The notes: generated from the letters alone by a model not told the origin. 63,872 nt of DNA, filler included, from Perkinsus chesapeaki ATCC PRA-425 (GCA_013115145.1; 10 parts of 10 records of this genome joined end to end with filler, not necessarily neighbours in it); one strand, 5' to 3'. Positions 51,130-63,207 are shown, counted from the first letter of the whole stretch. Program-made: numbers and translations.

Positions 51130-53310
51130 CATTCATCGAATCTAACCTCTCTATATGTCTTAAATCCGAGAGATGTCGAAATTGTGAAAAGCTTTATAAG
51201 ATACCTTGGCTTCATCCACCAAGTAGACTAACGGATGACGAGTCGTTCTAGAGCACAGACTTGTCAGACAAAACAAAAGGGAATCGAACCCACCAGCACT
51301 AGTACCAAATCAGGGTTTTTAAGAGTCTGCCGCGCCTCCTTAAGATAATCCTCATTGATGACGCCAGTCTGCAGCATTCTAAGCCTCAACTCCATAACGG
51401 CTCTATCCATTTCACGATCCTCTAGCTTCTTCTCTTCCTGTTCCGCTGCTAGCAGAAATCCTGCCTGGACAACTTCGCTTCCATACTTCTGTTCAAGTGC
51501 GTTAACCTAACAAGGATCTTTCATGGTTCAACCTGAGATACGATGGGTCACCTTCACGTTTATTGCTAGCATCTTCAACATCTCCTTATTAGACTCTTGA
51601 GTTTTCTCATCCTTCGCTTCAGGCACCTAATATTTAACAAATATACCTCCACCAGGAATCGAACCCGCATCATTACCTGGAACTCGGTATCTCCTTCCTT
51701 AGCAGCAGCCTTTAGTATACTGCAAAACTCTCTAACATATTTTAACATCTGTCAATAATAAGTGATATTGAAATGTGAAATGCTCGTAGTTACTATATCT
51801 CTATCAGATAGTCCTTTAAGTTCCTCTAACTCTGGTGCTTCTATCCATTGTGTATCATCTTTATTAACCTTCTCTCCTTTATTTATCTACAACTACTACT
51901 ACTACCATAGTAGCTTTCCCCTTTAGTGATAACATTACTCTATCCATTCTAACAAATCCAGGACCATCAAATGTTTTAGGTATATCATTGGTTAGATAAG
52001 GGCAGGACATATCTAGTGTATCCTCATTAGGGAACCGTACTATATACCTAATAAACAACAATAACATACCTAGTAAATAGACAATATTATCGACATTATT
52101 ACGATACTGCATTTGAGTTGTCATCTTTTCTCATTTCATGACCCTGCGCTAGATCAATATGTAATACCATCGGATCAGCAGATGTATCCAATTTATATAA
52201 AGCATCTTGTGCTTTACCCATCACAGCTACTCTCATATCACCATTATCGAAGAACTCCATTATCTAAAATAATAAACAACACCACATCACCTTTGAAATG
52301 GGCCATTTTTATTCCCCCACCACCTCTTTCTTATTACCTGTTGATATCCTCCAAGCTTTTCTGTCACTTTACCACGCCATCGTCCAATAAGCAGTTGCTT
52401 ATTTAAACCCTCTCGACAACTAACTAGAGCATCTTTCAATAGTCCTTCTGAATCCTAAACATCTCTACTTATTATTCTTATACTAAATAACTTATAGCTA
52501 CTTCACAGGATTTCTGCGCCTCTTCAAGCTCGGATATAGCCTCCTCGTATCTTAACGTATCCATGACCCCTAATATTTATTTTTATTATTACTTATTCAG
52601 CCCTTCTAACGCTTTAGCTACTCTGAAATATCCCTTGGCCCACTGTGGGTTGAGTTGTGTACATTGTTTGCCATCATTAAATGCCTCGTTGAATTTACCA
52701 GCTAGAGCGTATGCAGCTGAACGATTAGACCTAACACCAGTTTTCTTATTACAACACAATATCGATTGATAGGACTTCTTCTTCTTCACATTCTAAATGC
52801 GACCCACCCATACTCGGCTGCGGATTACTTAAAAGTTGCTTTATAATACACTTCGGTGTTCAGCACGATTCACACTCACTGTAGGTAGTTCACCAAGGTA
52901 GAAGATATCAGCTAATTTTATTCTTACCAAATAAGATAAGTAATTAGACATAGTCAAATTCGACCGTCGCTCGGATGGTCCGCAATGTATGTGTACGAAT
53001 AAGCATGTTACTCCCTAAGCTGCTGCTAGGCACAAAGAAAGGTAATACCCAGTCGGATAGTAGTTCTGGCAATTTATTGATAACCATGATAAAGCCAACC
53101 TATCATGTACCCTATTACCAAGCTGTGGCATCCTGTGGGGACTGGTCTATTGCTTTAGTATAACTATTGATAGCATCATTAATATCTCCTTTTTCCTAAC
53201 CATATATTGTGATCTAATATAATATAACATATTACTAATTGTTCATTGCCTAACTTCCTCCATTCTGTGGAAGTGTTGTCATCTGTGGTAACAGCGGTCA
53301 TCGATGACAT
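51130..53310 (-). CDS. TPR-repeat protein (STI1/SGT-like TPRs plus an unrecognised domain), multi-exon
   Basis: WRKLGNEQL, GDINDAINSYTKAIDQSPQDATAW, RSNRSAAYALAGKFNEAFNDGKQCTQLNPQWAKGYFR, RYEEAISELE. Confidence 0.8.
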
Positions 53311-53537
53311 TTCGGAATAAGGAACTTTATAGATGTGAAGTATTAAAAACCAGAAAAACAGAGCGATAACCGAAAAAATGAATGAATAATGACTCTGCCT
53401 AGTATTGAACTCACAACCACCTGGGACAATAACTTAGTGTCACGTCGCATACCCCTTGGATGTTGTTAATCAATGTTAGTCTTGGTTGATGTTGATTGTC
53501 TCCGTTTTGTGACACTCTATTTTTAATATGTAGTAGT

Positions 53538-55247
53538 ATGCTCCTTTTTGAAGTATCCTCTCACTTGGCATGTGCCACAGTCGCACTTTCAAGGGTTTAC
53601 TCGCGTAGAGTAACTTACTGTGAAGAACAACAACAACAACAACAAGTGAGAGAAGAGGCGGAGGAAAATAGCAGCAGCAATACTCCATCTGATAGATTGA
53701 AAAAGATAGCTAATGATTTGGAAACGGAAAGCTTAAGACTGTCGGATCGTGCTGCTGAATTGAAACAGGAAGCATTTGATCTAGCAGCTCAAGAGAGTGA
53801 TATAACCTCTCATAAAGATAAGATTCTTCATGCTGCGGAGGAGGTTGGAAATAGAGTATCTGAAACGGTCGACCAAGCTGTAACGGTCGCCGAATCAGCA
53901 AAACGAGCAGCTGAGGCCGCTAGAGTAGCGGCTGATTCAGTAACATCTGCTGCAAGAGCTCAATGGGATGAATTCGGTGCTACTGCTAGAGCTGCTGTTG
54001 CCAATGCTAAATTAAAAGCAGCACAGGCCAAGGTAAAGTGAGGTGGTGTAGAAGATGTATTAATAGCATGTTATTAGGAGCGTCAACGTGAAGCACAGGT
54101 TAATATCGATATGGTACAGAGTGTATGGCGGAGAATTGGTGACTATGGGAAAGAAGATAAAGGGCCTCAACAAGTTATGTATGAGTTTGTCAATATGTGC
54201 CGATCTAGACCATCTAATACACCAGATTGGAGCCCTAATAAATTTGGACGTAAATTGGTAGACATCAACCCTTCAGCCACATTATCAACCCTTGCTTTAG
54301 CAGAGGCGGCTTATGAATGTGATGCTATATCTAAAGAACCTATGAGCCGTGAAGAATACGATAAACTATCAGATAAGTCAGAAAGGTCTATATTCTCAAT
54401 CTGTCCAGATATTGATGAGGTATTGTTTATGTCTCCTGAAGGAGGGTTTGAGGGTACAGATCCCCTCAAGCCTCGGTTCTTCGTTGCTCGTCGTAATGAT
54501 GGTGTTGTTGTGTTATCTATACGTGGTACTGCTACTGTAGCTGATGCTATAACTGATATGTTATGTGATGATGTTGAGGTTTATACCGGTGATGAGTCTA
54601 GTAAGTCTAATAATCTTAGAGTTCATAGGGGCATAGGTGCTGGTGCTGTTTGGGTGGCTAAGACTGCCATGCCATACATAAGAGAAGGGCTGTCACGAGC
54701 TGGTAGTCGTGGACGTTTACTCATAACCGGTCATTCTCTTGGTGGCGGAGTTGCACTGGTAACTGGCCTCCTTATGGCATCACAACTAAGTCCACGGGTA
54801 TGGGTTCAATCTATTGCATTTGCACCGCCACCAGTCCTCTCTGATACATTAGAAGGTTTCCGTGGATTAGGAAGCTCGACGATTGTACCATGGAACTTAA
54901 GGTTGATATCATATGTTAATGATGGTGATATAATAGCTAGAACATGCATGCACTCATTAGAATATTTGGTAGCTGGTTGGAGGGTAAATAACAATACATC
55001 ACATACTGTGCAAGAGTCAGTTCCTTTAGTAATACCAGGTAAAGTGTATATAATAGGTATGGATCATTTACATCCCAATAAAGCAATACTTACTAATGGT
55101 ATGGATCCTACATTTGGGGAGACATCTCTAGTGGACTTCTTTTGTGAGATTGCAAGATCGAATCGTCCTATGGTCCCAAAGGCTGGTTTTGCCCACTTAA
55201 TCGAGAGTTATAAAAAAGCACTACTAGGCGAATATGCTGATGAATAA
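53538..55247 (+). CDS. Class 3 lipase with N-terminal coiled-coil/LEA-like segment (2 exons)
   Basis: LSIRGTATVADAITD lid, ITGHSLGGG, YVNDGDIIAR, FAHLIESY; the intron at ~54033-54077 joins ..AQAK|ERQRE.. in frame. Confidence 0.9.
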
Positions 55248-55395
55248 GTTATTACTTTCAATGACTTTCGAATAGTTTATCCTTTCAAAGATGTTGGGTT
55301 TCAATAGTCAACCAGAACCAATTTATGGGCGCGCGCGTAATTATGTGGCGCAGTGACGATGTGTGTGCATGTTTGATTTTCCGGAGGATTGTTGA

Positions 55396-56133
55396 ATGAC
55401 GATTCTTGTGCGATTCACACGGCCCCCATACGAGGGGAAGGATGACGGTGTTGGGGAGGATAATGTAATAAATGATAAAGTGGGGTATTGATGATGATAC
55501 TGGTTAGGGTAAATTGAAGCATACATCACAGCAAGTTAGAAGGAAACATCGACGGTCAACATCGGTGAAGGTAGGGAATATATACTAATATCAGCCATCT
55601 TGGGTATATAGAGGCGAACGGTGAAGAAGGAAGGCATTAATAATAAAAAGGAGGATGTGTTGTCATCATCAAGAACAGGTTGTGTGGATATGTAATAATG
55701 ATGTGTGTTATGGGGTGGTGAGGGGGGATTTTTAGGTCTATAATAGATTCAACTGGTGTAGGATTAGAAGAGATAGATGATACCACTACATGTTCAGCAA
55801 TGCTACCTGCAACAGTGGATGATAGTGGATTGTCTTTAGGGTTATTTGAGGTTATAAAGAAGGGGGAATGGTAATGTTAGGTGTTAAATTTAGGCTCAAG
55901 AATACCTAGTGAAGAATACATTTTTAACACTTTATTCTCCTGTACGGGATTTAATACCAATACGTCGATCTTATTCTGCACCTCAATTGACATCATCATC
56001 ATCATCATCATCGAACCCTACAATAATTAATATAAGCGAGAAGTCCGAGATAGATCAGCAGCCAGTGACTAGTGGGCGACGGGGGGCTCCGGCATGGGCA
56101 CCGTCACTGCGCCATAAAAAGACGAGTCGTTGA
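55396..56133 (+). CDS. Hypothetical multi-exon protein
   Basis: Exons MTILVRFTRPPYEGK, QVRRKHRRSTSVK and RSYSAPQL..KKTSR*. Confidence 0.35.
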
Positions 56134-56286
56134 GATGATGGCATGATAATGAGATTGTATCCTTTTAACCTACTAGTGTGTGGCATAAAGTACAATATTA
56201 AAGCATATGAGAGTTGTTGTTATTATTATCAAACTACTACCAAGCGGGTTTTGTTCTTAATAGCAATTATTAATTAGTTTGCATTT

Positions 56287-57541
56287 ATGAAATCGACTCC
56301 AACAGAGGAGACAATTGTTTTTACTTCGCCACAGAAGGACTCGCATAATCTTGTTGGTACATTATGGTCTCCTACTCCTCCTCCTCATCCATCCCCATCA
56401 TCATCACCGTCCTCCTTGTCGTCCACCTCCAATAAAGTTGTCATACTCTGTCATGGATTAATGAGTGATAGAGAATCTCGTAATAATAAGGAATGTATTA
56501 TCACATGGTGGTCTGTCAGCTCTTTTAAAGTCGATCGCATATCAGTTAACTACACAACTAGGCCTCTCGACATTTCGATTTGATTTCTCTGGTAATGGTG
56601 AATCCAAAGGTGTATGGGATTATGGTGCATACAATGAAGAGGTATGTTAGGAATACTGTTAATAATAATATTATTATTAGGCATCGGAGTTGGAGAGAGC
56701 AATTGAAATGTTACAGGACACACGTGCATTATCAACAATTGCTATTATAGGCCATTCTAGAGGTGGTTGAGAGAGACTAATCTTAAATTAGTAATATTTT
56801 CAAGTTGTTATCATTTTGCTATCAGGTGCTACGGTGGTTTGCCTTCACACTGCTAATCCTCATTATACTAAAGTTCCATTGGTAGTATCACTTAGTGGTC
56901 GATACGATATGACTAATAAACCGAATAGATTCTCAGATTCTGAGGTGGTATTATTATCATCGCGCACATGAATGATTTTATTATTATTTGTACTTTAGAA
57001 ACATGAATTAGAGACTATTGGCTATTGTGATTGGGTATTACCAACTCGCATGAATGGTAAGAGTAAGAGACGGTATAGATGGAAGAAGGATTCGATTGAT
57101 AAGATAATGGCAATGGATACTAAGAATATGACTGAAGAATGCGCGAAAAGAGCAAGTGGATCTAAAATGATGTTTATTGGAGCTATGGATGATACTGCGG
57201 TAGTAGCAGGATCAGGATTGATATTAAAGATTAGGGGTATTAATGAATGATAGGTACCGATAAGGGATCTACATTCATTCCAAAGAGTCTATAATGATGC
57301 GGTAAAAACGTCGTCGTCATCCGACAATAATAATTGCATTGTTGTTGAAGTAGGTAAAGGAGGGCATTCATTCTCGTAAGTGAACACATAATTATTTCAA
57401 TATTAACATTCTATATACAGAAATGTTGAAGATGTGGTGAATCCTATACTTAAAGAGTGTCGAGTAATTGCTGAGGAAATTATATTGAAAGAAGAAAAGA
57501 ACAACAACAAGAACAAGAACAAGAGCAATTGTTGTTTATAG
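56287..57541 (+). CDS. Alpha/beta-hydrolase (paralogue 2), multi-exon
   Basis: VVILCHGLMSDRES, FRFDFSGNGESKGVW, IGHSR|G, SGRYDM, FIGAMDD, GKGGHSF, ending KNKNKSNCCL*. Confidence 0.87.
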
Positions 57542-57551
57542 TGGTTTATTG

Positions 57552-57846
57552 CCGATGGGAGGGCATTTCTTTAGGTAAGTTAGATTGGGCTAACATATAT
57601 ACGATATTATAATTATATTTTAGAACTGATGATGAGCGTCAACAATTCCTTAATCCAATATTTCACTTTCTTCGTGAAAATCCCCTTTCTGGATTGTAAA
57701 TAATAATAAAGCTTGTTGTGTTGTTAATAATGGAGTTATATTGGAAACGGCAGAGATATTATTTATCTAATGGCATTTATTCATTTAATAAAATGTAAAC
57801 ATCTGACAAATTATCATCGTCGTTATTTCAGCGCCTTTACTTATGT
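57552..57846. repeat. Right arm of the inverted duplication: orphan copy of paralogue-1 terminal exons and 3' UTR
   Basis: Encodes PMGGHFF|intron|RTDDERQQFLNPIFHFLRENPLSGL*. Confidence 0.9.
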
Positions 57847-58228
57847 AACATATGATGGTGATAATGATTCTGGTAGATTATCCAACAAATCAAATAAAAG
57901 TAAATTAGTCTTAAAGTTGAATGGAATAACTGTTTTTCAAATTATTAGATTTAACAAATGCAACAACACTGGCTTTTGAGAGTATCGATCCATTCAGACG
58001 AGATTGGACTAAGAAGTAGGCGGTGGGTTTATTCCTGATAGATGATAATTAATTATAATTCTTGTTAGAGCCAAAACCAAAAAGGATCGAGCCATTCGGG
58101 ATAAAAGAGCNNNNNNNNNNNNNNNNNNNNNNNNNNNNNNNNNNNNNNNNNNNNTTAATTAATTAANNNNNNNNNNNNNNNNNNNNNNNNNNNNNNNNNN
58201 NNNNNNNNNNAGCTTTTATATATTTTAA

Positions 58229-60914
58229 ATGACTTCTGATAACCTTGCGTTAACTCAGGGAACGGCTACTAGCAGCTCTAACATGGCTCCGATGCGTACT
58301 GCTTCTAACGTTCCTCTTGAGACATTGTCTGCTGTTTGTGATACCCTACGTCACTGGGTAGATATGGTTCCCGACCCCAATACGTGCTTGCAGGATTCTT
58401 CTAACGAGCTGAAGGCTATTCCTGGTAATAGTGCCGAAGCTGTTGATGAGGCTCTGAAAAAAGAGTTCATGGATGATGATGAGTATGAATCTAAAGTTAT
58501 TGATATGATTAGAGTTTTTATTCAGTGGGCTCAATCTAATGATCGTCGCTCTCAGTCTCGTTTGCGAAGGGAGCTACTTGGTTCTTATTTCTCTCCATGG
58601 TGTACAAACCCCATTATTTGTAAGGAGTATGGATCCAGTTTGCAAGCTCGTCTCGATAATGTTTGTTATGGGGAGTTTCTGCAAACTGTCCCAGTTAAGA
58701 AGTCCGGTATCCAAAGAAGACCTGAGAAAGTACCATTAGAAGATCATTTAGACGACAACCTACTGGAGTTGACCACTACCGACTCATCTTCTCTTGTATC
58801 GCGTAAGGATATTGCTGAGGCGAGGAAGCTGGCGTCTTCTTTGCCTACTATGATGTTTCTGGGCACTGCTGATAAGTTACCTTTCCCCACTTGGCGCCGT
58901 CATTTTAATTTGCAATGTAAGCAATATGGCCTTGTAGGTGACCCGGTTGCTACTTACTATGCTTTGGTACGCGACCTGTCTCAGTCACTCTTGTTGTCCA
59001 TTGATCCTACCCCACCTGGTGTTGGTCCTATTCAAGGTTGGGTCGATGAAGTAAAACGTATTTATTTGAGGTTAAGTTCAACATGTAGTGGTATAAGTGA
59101 CGATGTGGCCAAGCTTGCTGCAGACCAAACCTTCTCAGCCTTACGTCAAAATGAGAATGAAACTGTGTCGTCGTTTGCAGCTCGGTTCTTTGATGGTGCG
59201 GCTGATTTATCGGCTTATACTGGTACCGATGTTTCTGACGAAAAACTACGAACTACTTTTCTGAGAGCTCTTGTTCCGGCTTGGCGTAGTGTAGCCATGG
59301 ACTTGCTGCCCCGTTGTTCTTCGTTTCCTGTATTAGTCCAGGAACTTACTCAACGAGAACGCTTAGAGCAAGCAGTTACTGGTGATAAGGTTACCAATCC
59401 ATCAACTACAACCCCAAATCTTCATTCTGTGGAAAGTACTGGGTCTATACTACCTCCACATGTCTCTACTGTAGACGATTCTTCAGCACCGTCTAGAGAT
59501 AAAGATCGTCGAGGTTACCATAAAAGTAAAAAGCTTTGCTACCAGTTCCAGCGAACAGGTAGCTGTAAATATGGTAGTAAATGCCGTTTTGTTCATGATG
59601 GTAAAGGTGCTCCTAGTGATACTGCTAAAAATGGCTCATTATCATTTACTCAAGACTTGTTATGTATTAACGACAAACCAGGAAGTCCTGGCCCGGTTCT
59701 TCGTCTTGAGGATAAGTCTTACAGTAACACATATTTATATGTGCTCTTGGATACTGGTGCATATCATAATTATATACGTGAAGACCAGGCTAAGTTACTC
59801 GGTCAACCTATAGAAGCCCTAAATGATAGTAATGTACAAGTACAGTTAGCTGATAAGACTGTAGTGCCTGTACGTGGTCAAGTTATGTTTGCAGGTTACT
59901 CTTTTCGAGTACTTCCAGCAGTACATCCGAGTACAACAGTCGATTCATCAGTGGCTTCTTTATACGGAGAACCGTATGCTATCATGGGCGTCTATTCGTT
60001 ATGTCAAAATGGTATTGGTATGCAGTTCTTCCAAAACGATGGCTCTAGAAGTGTCCGTGTTTCGGTGAAGTCACCCGAAGGAGTATCTGTCCCATCAACT
60101 AAGACTAATGCTAATATGAGTAATCCACCTGTAATGGATCAAGTGGGAAATGTGCTCGGTGAAGTCATTGGTGACTTCAACTTATCAGAAGCTGTTGATA
60201 CTAGTTTACATGATGACTCATGGGGTTCTGTGTCATGGGTTCCTAATTTAGGAGAGTCCCCTGGCATTTCTGAAACACCATGGCGAGCCATGAAAGATGC
60301 ACCCGGCTTTCGGTGGCGCGTTGAAAAGCTAAGTTCTGAAGATAGTGCTGATACTCCTACTCAGGCGTATAAATTTGTCATTGACCTTCCTGATACTGAT
60401 ACTAATGGTAGGCCAAGTTATGATTACACCAAACCTCTATTTGATGGCCTCAACAAGTCTGAGATGTCCGCTTACGACAACGAGATCTCTAGGTATCTTG
60501 AACGGTCTTGGTGGCAGCCATGTAACGACTCGGGTGAAGCTAAGACTGGTGTATCGAGATTGCACTCATCAACGAATGGTTTATTAGTATTTCCCCTACC
60601 CTCTCCTGGCCGCACCACAGCCTGCCGTCCAGTGGTGGATGCACGCCAGGAAAATCGGGGTCTTCCACGGGCAACTTATCACGGCCCAACATGTAGTCAA
60701 ATCTTACAGTCAGTAAGATTAAATTGGCGGTCACGAGAGAAATCTCGTATATTAACTTTAGACGGGGCTCAGGCGTTCTACCGCCTGCATACATCGAGAC
60801 CGTTACTGCTAAAATCTAATAGTCGGACGTTCAGTTCATCCCGATTGGTGTTTGGTCTAAATGTAGGGCCCTGTAGTCTGTTTGTTTGCCTTAACGACTA
60901 CCTGCTGCAGAAGG
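58229..60914 (+). mobile_element. LTR retroelement gag-protease-RT(5') ORF with CCCH finger; truncated by contig edge
   Basis: Capsid-like FPTWRRHF..LRQNENETVSSFAARF; CYQFQRTGSCKYGSKCRFVH; protease LLDTGA; RT PVVDARQEN, LDGAQAF, RLVFGLNVGP. Confidence 0.9.
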
Positions 60915-61014
60915 NNNNNNNNNNNNNNNNNNNNNNNNNNNNNNNNNNNNNNNNNNNNTTAATTAATTAANNNNNNNNNNNNNNNNNNNNNNNNNNNNNN
61001 NNNNNNNNNNNNNN

Positions 61015-62618
61015 CTTGTGTCGACTCCCTTATCGACGAAGGTATCGTGACCCCCCTCTACGGCCCGCCTGAGATCGACTCCTACTTCATTCCCGCGGTC
61101 CCTATATTTCGGCAATCTGCTACGACTCCGGTGCGCATATGCCTGGACGCTAGAGTCCTGAACCACTACATTGAGCCCATCTCTATCCGCGGTCGAGCTT
61201 CCGGCAGCCTATGGTTTTTCCTACTGTCCTGGCGTACTTGTCGATTCTATCAGGTATGCGATCTTCGTCAAGCCTTCTTGAGGGTCCACTTGGACGGCGA
61301 TGACCAGCCCTTCGCTTCAAGTATCATCTGTTCACGCTCTGTCCGGTACCTCCGACTGCCCTTTGGTCTCAACTTCAGCCCCTATGCTCTCCACTCGGTC
61401 ATGATGTGGCACCGATCGCAGTGGGAGCTAGAGGTGGGTACTCACGCCGGTGCACGTGCACAGCCCCGACCGTTGCCTTTCAACGACACTGCTACGTTCG
61501 GCCCGGTATCTTCGACTGAACTCGGCCCTGAAGTTCCCCACAAGCTCGATATTGTGCTCTATGTCGACGACTACTGTCTACGGGGCGATACTTTCGAAGA
61601 GGTCATCGGCCAGCACGAGTACACATCTTGGCGTCTCCGGCGTCACGGCGCCGACTGTACTGACGAGAAGGTTTTCAACAACGCCACTCCGTCCCCGGCC
61701 GGCAATTACCGTGGTGTCCTTGGCTACTCGACCGACACCGGCGTCGACACTATTTGTTTTCGGTACCCCGACCCTCTGCCCGAGTCCCTACCAGTTCGAA
61801 TCACCCGTCGGCAGGCTGTCTCTCTGATTAATCGCTATTATGATCCCCTTTCAGTTTTCATGGAAGGCAGCGCCGCCAGTAGGTTTATCTTGGCTAACAT
61901 CAACCAGACCACTGCCGATTGGGAAGCCCTTTGCAACCCGGATGACACCAAGGCCCTTTATGATTGGCTAAGTGCCGTTAATGATCAGCAACCGGTATCC
62001 CGCTTTGTCGACCTGACCGAGAACCTCAACGTCTTCTGTGATGCCTCCCAGCTCGCATTTTGTGTCGATATGCGAGGCTGCGGTCCGTCCTATGTCCGGC
62101 TATGCGGTCGCTATGGTCTGTTCCCTCCTGCTCAGCGAACTGGTCACACCATCGTCCAGAAGGAGCTCTGTTCCCTACATCTTGCCCTACAGCTGCTTGC
62201 TGAAGTCGACCTAGTCCTACGAGAACATGCACCTCGGCCCGCTACTTATACCGTCTACACTGACTCCGAGATCAACCTCCATCGACTTCGTCAAGACCCT
62301 GCTAAGGACGATAAACTAGGACGCTATGAACGACGCCGACTCCGCCTGATCCGTGCCGAGGTGGCCAGACTTACCGCCTCCGGCACCCCTGTGACTGTCA
62401 GGCATATCAGTGGTTCCTGCAATCCGAGTGATGCCTGTACAAGACCCCCTTCGGCTGGTAACGTCCTTCAGCCGACTGACGCCTCCGTTATCCACAAGGG
62501 CGTATTGCTGAGCTCCGACTCCTTTGTCTACAAGGCCCCCCCGGAGGGATTGGTTGGTCCCCACCAAGTTAATTTAGTTCAAACTGACGACGGCGTGTTC
62601 GACGACTTTGTGACCGTA
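61015..62618 (+). mobile_element. BEL/Pao-like RT-RNase H fragment (both ends truncated)
   Basis: VRICLDARVLN, DLRQAF, RLPFGL, YVDD, TRRQAVSLINRYYDPL, FCDAS, QKELCSL, YTDSE, HISGSCNPSD. Confidence 0.93.
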
Positions 62619-62719
62619 NNNNNNNNNNNNNNNNNNNNNNNNNNNNNNNNNNNNNNNNNNNNTTAATTAATTAANNNNNNNNNNNNNNNNNNNNNNNNNN
62701 NNNNNNNNNNNNNNNNNNC

Positions 62720-63013
<294 letters not shown>

Positions 63014-63014
63014 T

Positions 63015-63035
63015 TAAATGAATCTGAAAAATACA
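63015..63035 (-). promoter_or_regulatory. Putative splice/trans-splice acceptor upstream of the beta-tubulin ATG
   Basis: TGTATTTTTCAG about 19 nt before the ATG on the minus strand. Confidence 0.5.
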
Positions 63036-63207
63036 ACATTCCACCTCAACAATTCCAAACTTCGATACCAAAGGAGTTCAGTACAACCCAACACAAATAT
63101 TTAATATGCAAAATCGTACCGGATTCTTCCATGATGGAGATGCTACTGCAGTGATACTCCACATACCGATACAATAGTTGCTTCTCACACATAATCATTG
63201 AATTCAA

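Noticed and set aside
27238-51676. Calling the B-box fragments functional tRNA genes
   Set aside because: None has a D-arm or a matching acceptor 5' strand; upstream sequence is exon.
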